Part shown: in pieces, positions 36,271 to 45,117 of the stretch
Layout of the letters: each line of letters opens with the position of its first letter
Numbering within the stretch: position 1 is the stretch's first letter
Origin: Candidatus Shapirobacteria bacterium
GTDB lineage: Bacteria; Patescibacteriota; Microgenomatia; UM-FILTER-40-11
DNA length: 64,000 nt
NCBI GenBank assembly: GCA_020059745.1
Contig: JAGVBK010000002.1
Span: 104,301-168,300 of the forward strand
Reading direction: 5' to 3'
Position numbers and translations under genes: made by a program
Notes under the pieces: model-generated
The model's input: the letters and a program-made list of their open reading frames with translations, nothing else
What the model was told of the DNA's origin: nothing
Database searches by the model: none

Positions 36271-38373
36271 ATGAAACTTGATAACTTCTTTAAAAAAGCG
36301 ATTTTTTTTCTTTTTTCGGCGCTGTTTTTTACGGTTCCTCTTTTTTTTACTCCCTATAATTCTGAACTTTTTGAATTTAACAAAATTCTTCTTGTTTACA
36401 GCTTTACCGTCCTGATTCTTGGCTTTTGGCTTGCCAGGATGTTCCTTTTAAAAAAGATTGTTTTCAGAAAAACTCCGCTTGATATTCCTCTTTTTATGTT
36501 TTTTATTTCTCAGGTTGTAAGCACCATCTTTTCAATTGACCCCCATACCAGTATTTTTGGCTATTACTCCCGTTTTAACGGCGGACTGCTTTCAACCACC
36601 TCCTTTTTATGTCTTTATTGGGCCTTAGTTTCAAACTCAAAAAAGATAGATATTTTTAGGTATATTAAAGTCTCTTTTGTCTCGGCTTTGTTGGTTTCTT
36701 TTTACGGCATTTTGGAGCATTTTGGTCATTCATTTAGTTGCCTTTTTTTTGAAGGCAAGTTCGATGTCTCCTGCTGGATTCAGGATGTTAAAACCAGGGT
36801 TTTTGCCACCGTCGGCCAGCCAAACTGGCTGGCTTCTTATCTTGCTGTTTTCATTCCCGTTACTTCTGCTTTTTTTCTAAGAGCAAACTCGATAAAGACC
36901 AAAATCTACTACACACTACTTACTACTAGCTACTTTCTGTGCCTTCTGTTTACCGGTTCGCGCTCTGGCTTTTTAGGTTTTGTAGTCTCTTTAGTTTTTT
37001 TCTGGGCTTCTTTTGTTTTCTCAAGGCTAAAATACCCAAGTAAGCTAAACTCGATTATCAAGCCCTCCGTTTTCTTTGCCCTATTTTTACTTTTCATCTT
37101 ATCCTTGTTCGGCTCCCCTTTTGCTCAGATAAATCGCTATCTTCAGATTAAAAACTGGTTTCCCAAAAATGAGGCTCCGGTTCAAGCCGAAGCAGCAAAC
37201 TTAGTTGTCGAACCCCAGCTTGAGTCAGGCGGCACAGAATCAGGCATAATAAGAAAAATTGTCTGGAATGGCGCTTTGGATATTTTTAAAGCCAATCCTC
37301 TTTTAGGAACCGGTCCGGAAACCTTTGCCTATTCCTACTATAATTTCCGGCCTATGGAACACAATTTAGTTTCTGAATGGGATTTTCTCTATAACAAGGC
37401 ACATAATGAGTACCTTAACTTCCTTGCCACCACCGGCCTTGTCGGTACCGGCACTTATCTTCTTTTTATCGGGTTTTTCTTAGTATGGGGAACAAAAAAA
37501 GCCCTGAAAAGTACTGCAGATAATTTTTTGCTTTCGGTCTCTATCCTTGCTGGTTTTACCTCAATCCTGGTTGCCAATTTCTTTGGCTTCTCCGTAGTTT
37601 TGGTATCCCTTTATTTTTACCTTCTTCCCGGGTTTTTCTTTATCCTTTCAGCCGAAGAACAAGAAAATCTTAAAGTGTCAAAAATTTCCACATTTCAAAC
37701 CTTATCTTTCCTAGCCTTAGCCCTATCCTCGGTTTATCTTCTCTCTGCCGTTATTAATCTCTGGCGCGCTGATTATTATTATTCCCTAGGTCAAAAGCTT
37801 AACAAAGGCAGCGACTATGTAAACGGTTATCAAATGCTTGCCAAAGCCGTGGAAATTTCCCCTAACGAGCCTGTTTTCTTAAATGAGCTTTCCACTGTCA
37901 CTGCAAGTACTGCTCTTCTTTCATACCTTCAGAAAGATGAAAGCGCCGCTCCCCTGGCTGAGGCAGCGTTATATTATTCCGACCTTGCTCTTGAAAAAAG
38001 CCCCAAAAACTTAAATATTTATAAAAGCAGAGTCAGGGTTCTTTACACTCTTTCTCAGATTAATGAAATATATCTTGATAAAGCTATTGAAACGATTAAT
38101 AAAGCCATTAGCCTGGCTCCAACTGATCCAAAACTTGTTTACAATCTCGGCCTTCTTTACGGTCGCAAGGGCATGGTTCAGGAAGCGCTTGATACCATCA
38201 AAAAGTCAATTGAAATGAAACCAAATTATGAAGAAGCTAGAAACGCTTTGGCAATTTTTTATGAAGATTTGGGCATGAATAAAGAAGCCCTAGAGCAGCT
38301 TGAGATTATCTATAAAAACAAAAAAGACGACCCGTCACTGCTCCAAAGAATTGAAAAACTAAAAAATCTTTAA
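36271..38373 (+). CDS. O-antigen ligase-like (Wzy_C) membrane protein with C-terminal TPR repeats
   Basis: 700 aa with about 12 TM helices. It has a periplasmic loop reading AHNEYLNFLATTG and C-terminal TPR-like repeats (AIS..P....YNLG..Y...G....A). Confidence 0.7.
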   Translation: MKLDNFFKKAIFFLFSALFFTVPLFFTPYNSELFEFNKILLVYSFTVLILGFWLARMFLLKKIVFRKTPLDIPLFMFFISQVVSTIFSIDPHTSIFGYYSRFNGGLLSTTSFLCLYWALVSNSKKIDIFRYIKVSFVSALLVSFYGILEHFGHSFSCLFFEGKFDVSCWIQDVKTRVFATVGQPNWLASYLAVFIPVTSAFFLRANSIKTKIYYTLLTTSYFLCLLFTGSRSGFLGFVVSLVFFWASFVFSRLKYPSKLNSIIKPSVFFALFLLFILSLFGSPFAQINRYLQIKNWFPKNEAPVQAEAANLVVEPQLESGGTESGIIRKIVWNGALDIFKANPLLGTGPETFAYSYYNFRPMEHNLVSEWDFLYNKAHNEYLNFLATTGLVGTGTYLLFIGFFLVWGTKKALKSTADNFLLSVSILAGFTSILVANFFGFSVVLVSLYFYLLPGFFFILSAEEQENLKVSKISTFQTLSFLALALSSVYLLSAVINLWRADYYYSLGQKLNKGSDYVNGYQMLAKAVEISPNEPVFLNELSTVTASTALLSYLQKDESAAPLAEAALYYSDLALEKSPKNLNIYKSRVRVLYTLSQINEIYLDKAIETINKAISLAPTDPKLVYNLGLLYGRKGMVQEALDTIKKSIEMKPNYEEARNALAIFYEDLGMNKEALEQLEIIYKNKKDDPSLLQRIEKLKNL

Positions 38374-38419
38374 GAGACTTTTCCTTTTCCATCGTCCTGG
38401 GTTGGGGTATAATTAAACT

Positions 38420-38950
38420 ATGGCAAAAATCATCACTGTTCCTGATCCGGTTTTAAGGGAAAAATCAAAAGAAGTCTCTGTCGATAAAAAAACTCTTGAC
38501 TTGGTAAAAACCCTTAAGCAAACCATTAAAGAAAGCAAAGACATTAAAGGCGTTGGCCTGGCAGCTGTCCAGGTCGGTATTCCTAAAAGAGTCTTTATTG
38601 CTTATTCTGATGCAAGCAAAAAATTTTTAACCTTTATTAACCCGGAAATTACCTGGGTTTCCAAAAGACTGACTAACCAAAAAGAGCAAAAATTTGAAGG
38701 CTGCCTTTCCATACCTAATAAATGGGTTTTAATTAAAAGGCCAAAAGAAGTTAAGGTTAAATACCAAACCGAATCTGGCCAGACGCAAATAAGAAAGTTT
38801 TCCGGCCAAATGGCTACCGTTGTCCAGCACGAATATGACCACTTAAACGGTGTTTTGATTGTCGACCGGGCTTTGGAACAAAAAGAAAAAATTTATGAGC
38901 TGGAAAAAGACGAAAAAGGTGAAGAATATTTAAAAGAAGTGGCACTTTAA
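38420..38950 (+). CDS. def: Peptide deformylase
   Basis: Contains GVGLAAVQVG, EGCLSIP and QHEYDHLNG motifs. Confidence 0.95.
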   Translation: MAKIITVPDPVLREKSKEVSVDKKTLDLVKTLKQTIKESKDIKGVGLAAVQVGIPKRVFIAYSDASKKFLTFINPEITWVSKRLTNQKEQKFEGCLSIPNKWVLIKRPKEVKVKYQTESGQTQIRKFSGQMATVVQHEYDHLNGVLIVDRALEQKEKIYELEKDEKGEEYLKEVAL

Positions 38951-38961
38951 AGAATAAAAAT

Positions 38962-39804
38962 ATGTTTGTTTTTTTTGGCTCTTCGATTCATTCTGCTTAT
39001 TTTTTAGAATTGGGCGTAAAAAACGGCCTTAAAATTGACCTTGTGGTCTCAAACCCTCCCAAACTGCTTGGAAGAAAAAAAATCCTTACTGAAAACCCTA
39101 CTGTTTCTGCTGCCAAAAAACTTGGTATTCCCTATCTTTTAGACCTTAGGGGGTTAGAAAAATTCCAAAACCTGAAGCTGGGCTTGATTCTTGATTATAA
39201 TAAAATTATTCCCGGCGCTTTTATAGACCTTTTTGAAAAAGGCATTATAAATGTTCATTTTTCAAAGCTTCCTGAGTATCGCGGGCCTTCTCCGGTCCAG
39301 CAAACCATTCTTGACGCGAAAACCAAAGCCCATATTTCCTACTTCCTGATTTCAGAAAAGCTTGACCAGGGAAACATTCTTTTCCAATCAGAAGAAGATA
39401 TCAGTCAAAATGAAAATACAGGCTCGCTTTACCTCAAATTAACAGAAAAAGCCTCGAAAGAGATTAAAAAGATGGTTTCTAATTATCTTTCCGGCAAACT
39501 TGTCCCTCAACCCCAAAAAGGGAAAGCCTCTTATACCAAAAAATTTACTGCTGAAGACTGCAAAATCGACTGGCAAAAACCTGATGAATATTCAGAAAGG
39601 CTAGTAAGGGCTTGCTCCCCTGAGCCCGGTACCTGGACTCAAGTACGCATCGGTCCCCAAGTAAAAAGGCTTAAAATCCTTTCTGCCCAGCTTGAGCAAG
39701 GAAAATTTGTGCCTTTAGTTGTCCAACTTGAAGGAAAAAATCCGGTAATGTGGAAGCAATTCTGGCAAGGTTATCCCAATGCGGAGATTATAAAAGAAGC
39801 TTAA
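38962..39804 (+). CDS. fmt: Methionyl-tRNA formyltransferase (short)
   Basis: Contains an INVHFSKLPEYRGPSPVQ motif. It sits after def. Confidence 0.8.
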   Translation: MFVFFGSSIHSAYFLELGVKNGLKIDLVVSNPPKLLGRKKILTENPTVSAAKKLGIPYLLDLRGLEKFQNLKLGLILDYNKIIPGAFIDLFEKGIINVHFSKLPEYRGPSPVQQTILDAKTKAHISYFLISEKLDQGNILFQSEEDISQNENTGSLYLKLTEKASKEIKKMVSNYLSGKLVPQPQKGKASYTKKFTAEDCKIDWQKPDEYSERLVRACSPEPGTWTQVRIGPQVKRLKILSAQLEQGKFVPLVVQLEGKNPVMWKQFWQGYPNAEIIKEA

Positions 39805-40040
39805 GCAGTTACCGCTTTTTTTTCTTCTAAATCAGCCTGTTCTTTTTTAATTCTTTTAAGGCACTTCATACAAAGAAGCATCTGCACACCATTAATGGTA
39901 GCCGGGTGCAGGTTTGGTTTAAACACTTTGACTGTTTTTTGTGCTCTTTTTGCCCACTGTTTACCTGCCACCCCTCTTTTGTGGCGTGATTGCCTTCCTA
40001 TTTGTCTGGCTTTGGCGCAAATGAAACACTGTTGAGACAT
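39801..40040 (-). CDS. rpmB: 50S ribosomal protein L28
   Basis: 79-aa basic protein with C.IC....G......H, a KVFKPNL pattern and a second CxxC. Confidence 0.75.
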   Translation of the reverse strand: MSQQCFICAKARQIGRQSRHKRGVAGKQWAKRAQKTVKVFKPNLHPATINGVQMLLCMKCLKRIKKEQADLEEKKAVTA

Positions 40041-40121
40041 ATTTGTTTGCTTGACCTAAATTTAAGCTAAAGGTTATAATAACACAATCTTGGCTTGGAG
40101 ACAATAACTTTTTAAGGATTT

Positions 40122-40766
40122 ATGAGTGTAATTTTAACCTTACTTGGATTTATTTTTTTTATCTACTCTGTTATCGTCCACGAAATTTCCCATGGCTTTA
40201 TAGCGGAAAAACTGGGAGACCCGACAGCTAGGCTTTCCGGCCGGCTGACCTTAAACCCGCTCCCCCATATTGACCCGGTTACCAGCCTTCTTTTACCCTT
40301 ACTGCTTTTAACAACCGGCTCGCCAATAATAATCGGCGCTGCCAAACCTGTCCCCATTGATCCTTTTAATCTAAGAAATCCAAGAAAAGAAATGGGGCTT
40401 ATTGGCCTGGCGGGCCCAGCTTCAAACCTGCTTTTAGCCATTGCCTTTGGTTTGGTGGCCAGATTAATTTCTCCGGCAACCCCTTCACCCGAAATTTTCG
40501 CTTTCTTGGCCAGGCTTTCACTCATTAATATTGTTTTAGCAGTCTTTAACCTGATCCCCATTCCCCCTTTAGACGGAGGCAGGATCCTGGCGGCAATTTT
40601 ACCCAAAAACGCAGCTCAATCCCTTATGGGCCTGGAACGCATTGGCATCTTTATTGTTATTTTCCTGCTTTTATTCCCCAACCCAATCTTTTCCCTTCAG
40701 AACATAATCTTTAGTATTACCTCTACAATTTTCGGGATTATTTTTCCTTCTTTACCTGTAATTTAA
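40122..40766 (+). CDS. M50-family membrane metalloprotease (no PDZ)
   Basis: Contains HEISHG in TM1 and NLIPIPPLDGGRIL in a later helix. Confidence 0.8.
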   Translation: MSVILTLLGFIFFIYSVIVHEISHGFIAEKLGDPTARLSGRLTLNPLPHIDPVTSLLLPLLLLTTGSPIIIGAAKPVPIDPFNLRNPRKEMGLIGLAGPASNLLLAIAFGLVARLISPATPSPEIFAFLARLSLINIVLAVFNLIPIPPLDGGRILAAILPKNAAQSLMGLERIGIFIVIFLLLFPNPIFSLQNIIFSITSTIFGIIFPSLPVI

Positions 40767-41055
40767 TGCTGCTCCCCATGGCCGGAAATTAAGGTTTTTC
40801 CCTCTATGTCGCAGCATTTAATTGCTTGATTTTTGTGCCTGGGTAGGCTAGACTTTAAATAGTCCTGCCAGCAAGGCAAAGGTTTTGAAAACGCTTTTCT
40901 CTACAATTTCAATGCGTAAGGGAAAGCGAAGTTCTAAAAGAGCGTGCTTTTTTAGACAGCTTACCCACCTGGTTTTCCAGGGAAATGCGCTCAAAACCAC
41001 CTATATTGGCGGGACTTTCCACATCCAAAACCACTCTTTTCCACCCACAAAACCA

Positions 41056-41084
41056 TTTACCCTTGAGGCTTTTTAAGGTAAAAT
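41056..41084 (+). promoter_or_regulatory. Promoter of the tRNA cluster
   Basis: TTTACC (41056-41061), a 17-nt spacer, then TAAAAT (41079-41084). It lies about 20 nt upstream of the tRNA-like 5' end at 41104. Confidence 0.5.
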
Positions 41085-41103
41085 ATACATGTAAATATTT
41101 TTT

Positions 41104-41355
41104 GCCGAAGTAACTCAGCGGCCCGCCCGCCACGCAAGCCAGCTTGCTGGTGTTGCGGGCAGGTAGAGCAAATGTTTTGCCTACCCGCAGTGCTACAGCG
41201 TTGCAGGCGGGCCTGCCCACAGAAGCCTAGCCCTTCTAGCTCAACGGCAGAGCGACGGTTTTGTAAACCGTTGATCAGGGTTCAATTCCCTGGAAGGGCT
41301 CCAGTTTAGGTAGGCGGGTAAACATAGGTCGTCAGTTCAATCCTGACCGTCGGCT
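41104..41355 (+). other. Interrupted tRNA-Thr(UGU)-like gene enclosing an intact tRNA-Thr
   Basis: The 5' part (41104-41179) supplies the acceptor, D-arm and anticodon-stem 5' strand. The 3' part (41318-41355) supplies the anticodon-stem 3' strand, variable loop, T-arm GUCAG-UUCAAUC-CUGAC and acceptor. The acceptor pairs 6/7. There is a 42-nt GC-rich hairpin in the D-loop. See findings. Confidence 0.55.
41230..41303 (+). tRNA. tRNA-Thr (anticodon UGU)
   Basis: Manual cloverleaf: acceptor GCCCUUC/GAAGGGC, D-stem GCUC/GAGC, anticodon arm ACGGU-UUUGUAA-ACCGU, T-arm CAGGG-UUCAAUU-CCCUG, with an encoded CCA. Confidence 0.85.
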
Positions 41356-41403
41356 CTTGATAGTCGGTTAGTTTATTAGTATGTTAGAATTTAGTATTAA
41401 TTT

Positions 41404-41488
41404 GCCGAGATGGCGGAGCGGTCAAACGCAATGGTCTGTAAAACCATCGCTCGAAAGGGCTACGTAGGTTCGAATCCTGCTCTCGGCA
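41404..41488 (+). tRNA. tRNA-Tyr (anticodon GUA)
   Basis: Acceptor GCCGAGA/UCUCGGC, anticodon arm AUGGU-CUGUAAA-ACCAU, a long variable arm and T-arm GUAGG-UUCGAAU-CCUGC. CCA is not encoded. Confidence 0.85.
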
Positions 41489-41495
41489 CTTAACC

Positions 41496-42122
41496 TTAGA
41501 ACTTAAGAATTGAAAACTTCAGGTTCTCCCCTTCAAGCTCAAAAAGAAACCAGACCGAGTAGTCTTTGTTGTTTCTAATATACAAATTTTGCTTTTGGGA
41601 ATTAAGGCCTCCTGAAGGTACAAACTTGATTGAAGTGCCGTATTTTGAGTCAATGCCGGGAATGGCGGCAAAATCATGGTCAACCTCAGCTCTCACTTCC
41701 AAACCTGCTTCCTGGGCGGTCCAATTCATAAGAGAAGCCAGGTGACAAACTCCGTTTCCGCCTAAACCTGCCACTACTTTATAGCCATCATTAACCATAA
41801 ATCCGCTTTCTTGGGTAATTATCTTTTGCCCTTCGTATTCCGGAAGAATGTTTTTATGAAAGCTGAAAACCTCGCCAGGGTTTAGGATAATTACTCCGCT
41901 ACCTACCTTGTTTAAATAGTCTGTGGCAATAAGAATATTTTCTTTAAACCCATTACTGATGGCAGGCTCTGGATAACGGTAAGAAAGGTCAATAGATTTG
42001 GAAGCAATAGTTTCCCATTTAAAGAGATCTTTTTTCTCTTTTTGGGCCGAAACTGTGGCGTTTGCCTCACCTCTAAGTATTAAAGAGGCGACAAGTAGGG
42101 CAGAAATTATTTGATTGAGCAT
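41496..42122 (-). CDS. VanW-like domain protein
   Basis: 208 aa with a signal/TM start. The GLGGNGVCHLASLMNWTAQEAGLEV region resembles the VanW GGGVCQ motif. Confidence 0.55.
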   Translation of the reverse strand: MLNQIISALLVASLILRGEANATVSAQKEKKDLFKWETIASKSIDLSYRYPEPAISNGFKENILIATDYLNKVGSGVIILNPGEVFSFHKNILPEYEGQKIITQESGFMVNDGYKVVAGLGGNGVCHLASLMNWTAQEAGLEVRAEVDHDFAAIPGIDSKYGTSIKFVPSGGLNSQKQNLYIRNNKDYSVWFLFELEGENLKFSILKF

Positions 42123-42134
42123 TATTTATACAAC

Positions 42135-42165
42135 AAAAAAAGTGTTCTCAAAGAGAACACTTTTT
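42135..42165. terminator. Bidirectional intrinsic terminator
   Basis: AAAAAAGUGUUCUC-AAA-GAGAACACUUUUU is a perfect hairpin flanked by A-runs and U-runs. Confidence 0.7.
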
Positions 42166-42499
42166 CGCCTTACCTCAACTAAGTAAGCTGATTTTACCAA
42201 GCGCTTATAGGACAAGTCAAGGGCTTGTTTGAGGCTAATTTTGTCTAGTTTTAAAACAATTTTCTTTTCGTCTCCTCGCGAATATGAATGCTGGCTTTTG
42301 ATGCCTTTTATTTTAGTCTTCTATGTAAACAAAAATTTACTTTTATTTTGTTACTATGAGATACTTTACAAATATTTTCTTTAATTTGTTTGAGTAAAAT
42401 ATTTGCTCTATACCATACTAAAGAATAAATTTTCACCTCTCTTCTTTTTTGTATTTACTTGTTCCCAAAAATGCTGAAGTTTGCTAAAATTACTAGACT

Positions 42500-42573
42500 C
42501 GCCTAAGTAGCTCAGTCGGTAGAGCATTCCCTTGGTAAGGGAAAGGTCTCGGGTTCGATTCCCGACTTAGGCT
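42500..42573 (+). tRNA. tRNA-Thr (anticodon GGU)
   Basis: Acceptor GCCUAAG/CUUAGGC, D-arm GCUC-AGUCGGUA-GAGC, anticodon loop UUGGUAA and T-arm with UUCGAUU. Confidence 0.85.
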
Positions 42574-42654
42574 CAAGGCTAAAAACCGCTAGAAAGCTTT
42601 TAAAAGGCTTTTTAGTTTTAAATTTGATATAATTCCATCTAGAAAGGAAGAAAA

Positions 42655-42825
42655 ATGGCTAAAGGACAAAGAATGATGCTTGGTTTTGCTTGCTCTGTTT
42701 GCAAGAAACTGAACTACTTAACAGAAAAAAACAGGACTAACACTCCTGATAAATTGGTATTGAAAAAATTCTGCAACACCTGCAAAAAAGTAACTGACCA
42801 TAAAGAAAGCACCAAATTTAAGTAA
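42655..42825 (+). CDS. rpmG: 50S ribosomal protein L33
   Basis: 56-aa ORF, below the ORF-track cutoff: MAKGQRMMLGFACSVCKKLNYLTEKNRTNTPDKLVLKKFCNTCKKVTDHKESTKFK. It has two CxxC pairs and the usual position upstream of secE-nusG. Confidence 0.85.
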   Translation: MAKGQRMMLGFACSVCKKLNYLTEKNRTNTPDKLVLKKFCNTCKKVTDHKESTKFK

Positions 42826-42839
42826 ACCGAAAAACTAAA

Positions 42840-43301
42840 TTATTTCTTCTCCGGAGGTTCTGGATATTTTAAAAATTTTGTTTTCTCCCTGTTAACCTTT
42901 AATGTTCTGGCGTGTCTTCGCCCATCAACAGGGCACCTAAGCTCAGAAAGCACTATTGCCATTGCCGGAAGTTTTTCCCCTCTCTTTATAATTTCCCTGG
43001 GCAGTTCAACCCCCTTTTCTGTTTCAAAGCCAATGATAAAATTATTGTAATAAAGAGGGCCTTGACAGCGTCTGCATCTTTTAGGTTCTCCCGAAGTCTC
43101 TCTTGCCGGGATGTCGCGGCCAAGGACAAACACATCGCTGTGCCACTCTTCAATTTCATTTTTACGGGCTTTTGGGGAATTTTCAGGGTGTCTTGGGTGA
43201 GGCTTAGGGAGGATCGGTGAAGAATATTGGACCTCAAAACCAGGCATAGTCATCTGCCCAAAAGAAGAATGTCCTTCAAGTATTAATTCCTTTACAGACA
43301 T
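42840..43301 (-). CDS. Hypothetical protein with CxxC...C.VDG Zn-ribbon-like element
   Basis: 153-aa ORF with no recognised family. Confidence 0.4.
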   Translation of the reverse strand: MSVKELILEGHSSFGQMTMPGFEVQYSSPILPKPHPRHPENSPKARKNEIEEWHSDVFVLGRDIPARETSGEPKRCRRCQGPLYYNNFIIGFETEKGVELPREIIKRGEKLPAMAIVLSELRCPVDGRRHARTLKVNREKTKFLKYPEPPEKK

Positions 43302-43416
43302 ATCCTATATTATACACGAAAGTATCAAGTTTTACCTTAAAACGGCAATCTTTGAATATCTTTTGTGATATATAGCAATCTTACTGTAACAGTTTGCTTT
43401 TGCTAAAGTCAAGAAT

Positions 43417-44208
43417 TTAAAAAATAAAGTGGCCGGCATCAAAAAATACAAATCGGTTAGCCAGATAAAGATGTGAGTTGAGCATGCTTTCCACCACTTC
43501 CCTGTCTCTTTCGCTGCTGCCAATGTAATAAGTAATGTCCGGACCTACTTTTTCTATCATTCCGGCCAAGTCCTCACCTGCCGAACCTATAGGTTTATTG
43601 GGAACCACCAAGAGCTTGTCTTTCCCCAGCCTTTCCAGCCTTCTTACTGTATCATCGTCTATAAAAGGAAAATAGCTAATTGGCCCCCGAAAAGGCTCAG
43701 CCAGTTTTCTTAGTGGTCCTACTTTTTGCAAGGTCTCGTCAGAAAGATAAAAACGGCTGCTCCAAAAAATTGTGAGATCAGAAGCTTTTATTATCCTGGC
43801 AAAAGCCAAGGCTGTTTTTTGGCTTATCTTGCCTCTTTCTTTTGCCTCTCCAAAAGCTTTTTTAATAGCAATTTCACCGTTAAAAACACCGTTTACCACC
43901 TCGTGTAGGGTGTGGGCCGGACTGACAAAAACACCGTCAAAATCAGTAATTGTCAGCACCTTACATTCTCCGCCCTGTCCCAGTACTCCTGACAGCATTC
44001 TTTCCGAAGAGGTGAACTCGTTTAGGTTAACTCTTCTTCCCAACCTTAATCCAAGAAGGCTTCTGTCAAGAACGCTATTAAGATTGGGAACACCATTGCC
44101 GTCATAAATAATCCTGCTCTCCGCCCCTATCCTTCTAATTACCCTTCTGCATTCTTCTGCCCGGCCAAAACAAGGGACAGTTGGGTTAATAAATGTTTCA
44201 ACAGACAT
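43417..44208 (-). CDS. HAD-superfamily hydrolase-like protein
   Basis: The ITDFDGVF motif (HAD motif I, DxDxV) lies mid-protein. The start is taken at MSVETF, immediately after the galU stop. Confidence 0.45.
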   Translation of the reverse strand: MSVETFINPTVPCFGRAEECRRVIRRIGAESRIIYDGNGVPNLNSVLDRSLLGLRLGRRVNLNEFTSSERMLSGVLGQGGECKVLTITDFDGVFVSPAHTLHEVVNGVFNGEIAIKKAFGEAKERGKISQKTALAFARIIKASDLTIFWSSRFYLSDETLQKVGPLRKLAEPFRGPISYFPFIDDDTVRRLERLGKDKLLVVPNKPIGSAGEDLAGMIEKVGPDITYYIGSSERDREVVESMLNSHLYLANRFVFFDAGHFIF

Positions 44209-44210
44209 TG

Positions 44211-45110
44211 TTAGTCTTGAAGTTTTTGCTTCAACCAAATTTTAAAGTCTTCTCCAAACTTAGGGTTTTCTATGCCCAGTTCGACTAAGGTCTTAAGATA
44301 ACCATACCTATCTCCTGTATCAAAAAAGCGGTAGTTTTGATATTCAACCGCATAAACTTTTCTGCCGCCGGCAAGCTGGCCTTTTATACCGTCAATATAA
44401 TAAAGCTCTCTTTGTTCTTCAATTTCTTTGTCTGCTTTTTTAAGATATTCAAAAATGTCCGGAGTAAAAATCTGGCCAGACATGGTTGCCAGGTCAGAAG
44501 GAGCCTGGCCTACACCTGGTTTTTCAATCACATCGCTGACTTCTATAACTCTTTCTTTTACTTCTTCTCCAACTGCAAATCCAAACCTGGCTCCATCTTC
44601 GGGGTTTCCGGTTCTGATACAGCCTAAAACCGTTCCTCCGTATTCATTGTAGACCTCCAAAAGCTGAGTAACCCTGCCAGGGCTGGCTTTATAAAACTCA
44701 TCGGCAAACAAAAGCAAAAAAGGCTCGTCGCCAACAAGTTCCTGGGCAGAAAGAATGGCCACACCGGTTCCCCTTCTTTTTCCTTCTTTTTGCAAACAAA
44801 AAGAAAACTTAGCCATTTGCTCAATTTCCTTAAGCTCATTTAAATAGTCTTCCTTACCTCCTTCTGCAAGCACCTTGTTTAATTCCTCAAAGGGCTCAAA
44901 ATGCCTTCTAATTTCCTGGGTAAAAGGAGAAAGCACAAAAATCACTTCTTTTATGCCTGCTTCAACCGCTTCCTCGGTCACATACTGAATAATCGGCCTG
45001 TCAATAACCGGAAACATGATTTTTGGAACCGCTTTGGAAGCAGGAAGAAAACGGGTACCAAACCCTGCCGCCAAGATAACAGCTTTGTTAACTTTTTTAA
45101 TTTCTGACAT
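44211..45110 (-). CDS. galU: UTP--glucose-1-phosphate uridylyltransferase
   Basis: Contains the KAVILAAGFGTRFLPASKAVPKIMFPV N-terminal signature. The start is taken at MSEIKK, avoiding overlap with the upstream gene. Confidence 0.8.
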   Translation of the reverse strand: MSEIKKVNKAVILAAGFGTRFLPASKAVPKIMFPVIDRPIIQYVTEEAVEAGIKEVIFVLSPFTQEIRRHFEPFEELNKVLAEGGKEDYLNELKEIEQMAKFSFCLQKEGKRRGTGVAILSAQELVGDEPFLLLFADEFYKASPGRVTQLLEVYNEYGGTVLGCIRTGNPEDGARFGFAVGEEVKERVIEVSDVIEKPGVGQAPSDLATMSGQIFTPDIFEYLKKADKEIEEQRELYYIDGIKGQLAGGRKVYAVEYQNYRFFDTGDRYGYLKTLVELGIENPKFGEDFKIWLKQKLQD

Positions 45111-45117
45111 TTTTCCT

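Noticed and set aside
40909-41220. 103-aa minus-strand ORF (and the 63-aa + strand ORF at 40885-41076)
   Set aside because: It overlaps the tRNA promoter and the tRNA-like region and has no start context. Only a short stretch looks protein-like. At most it is a decayed remnant.
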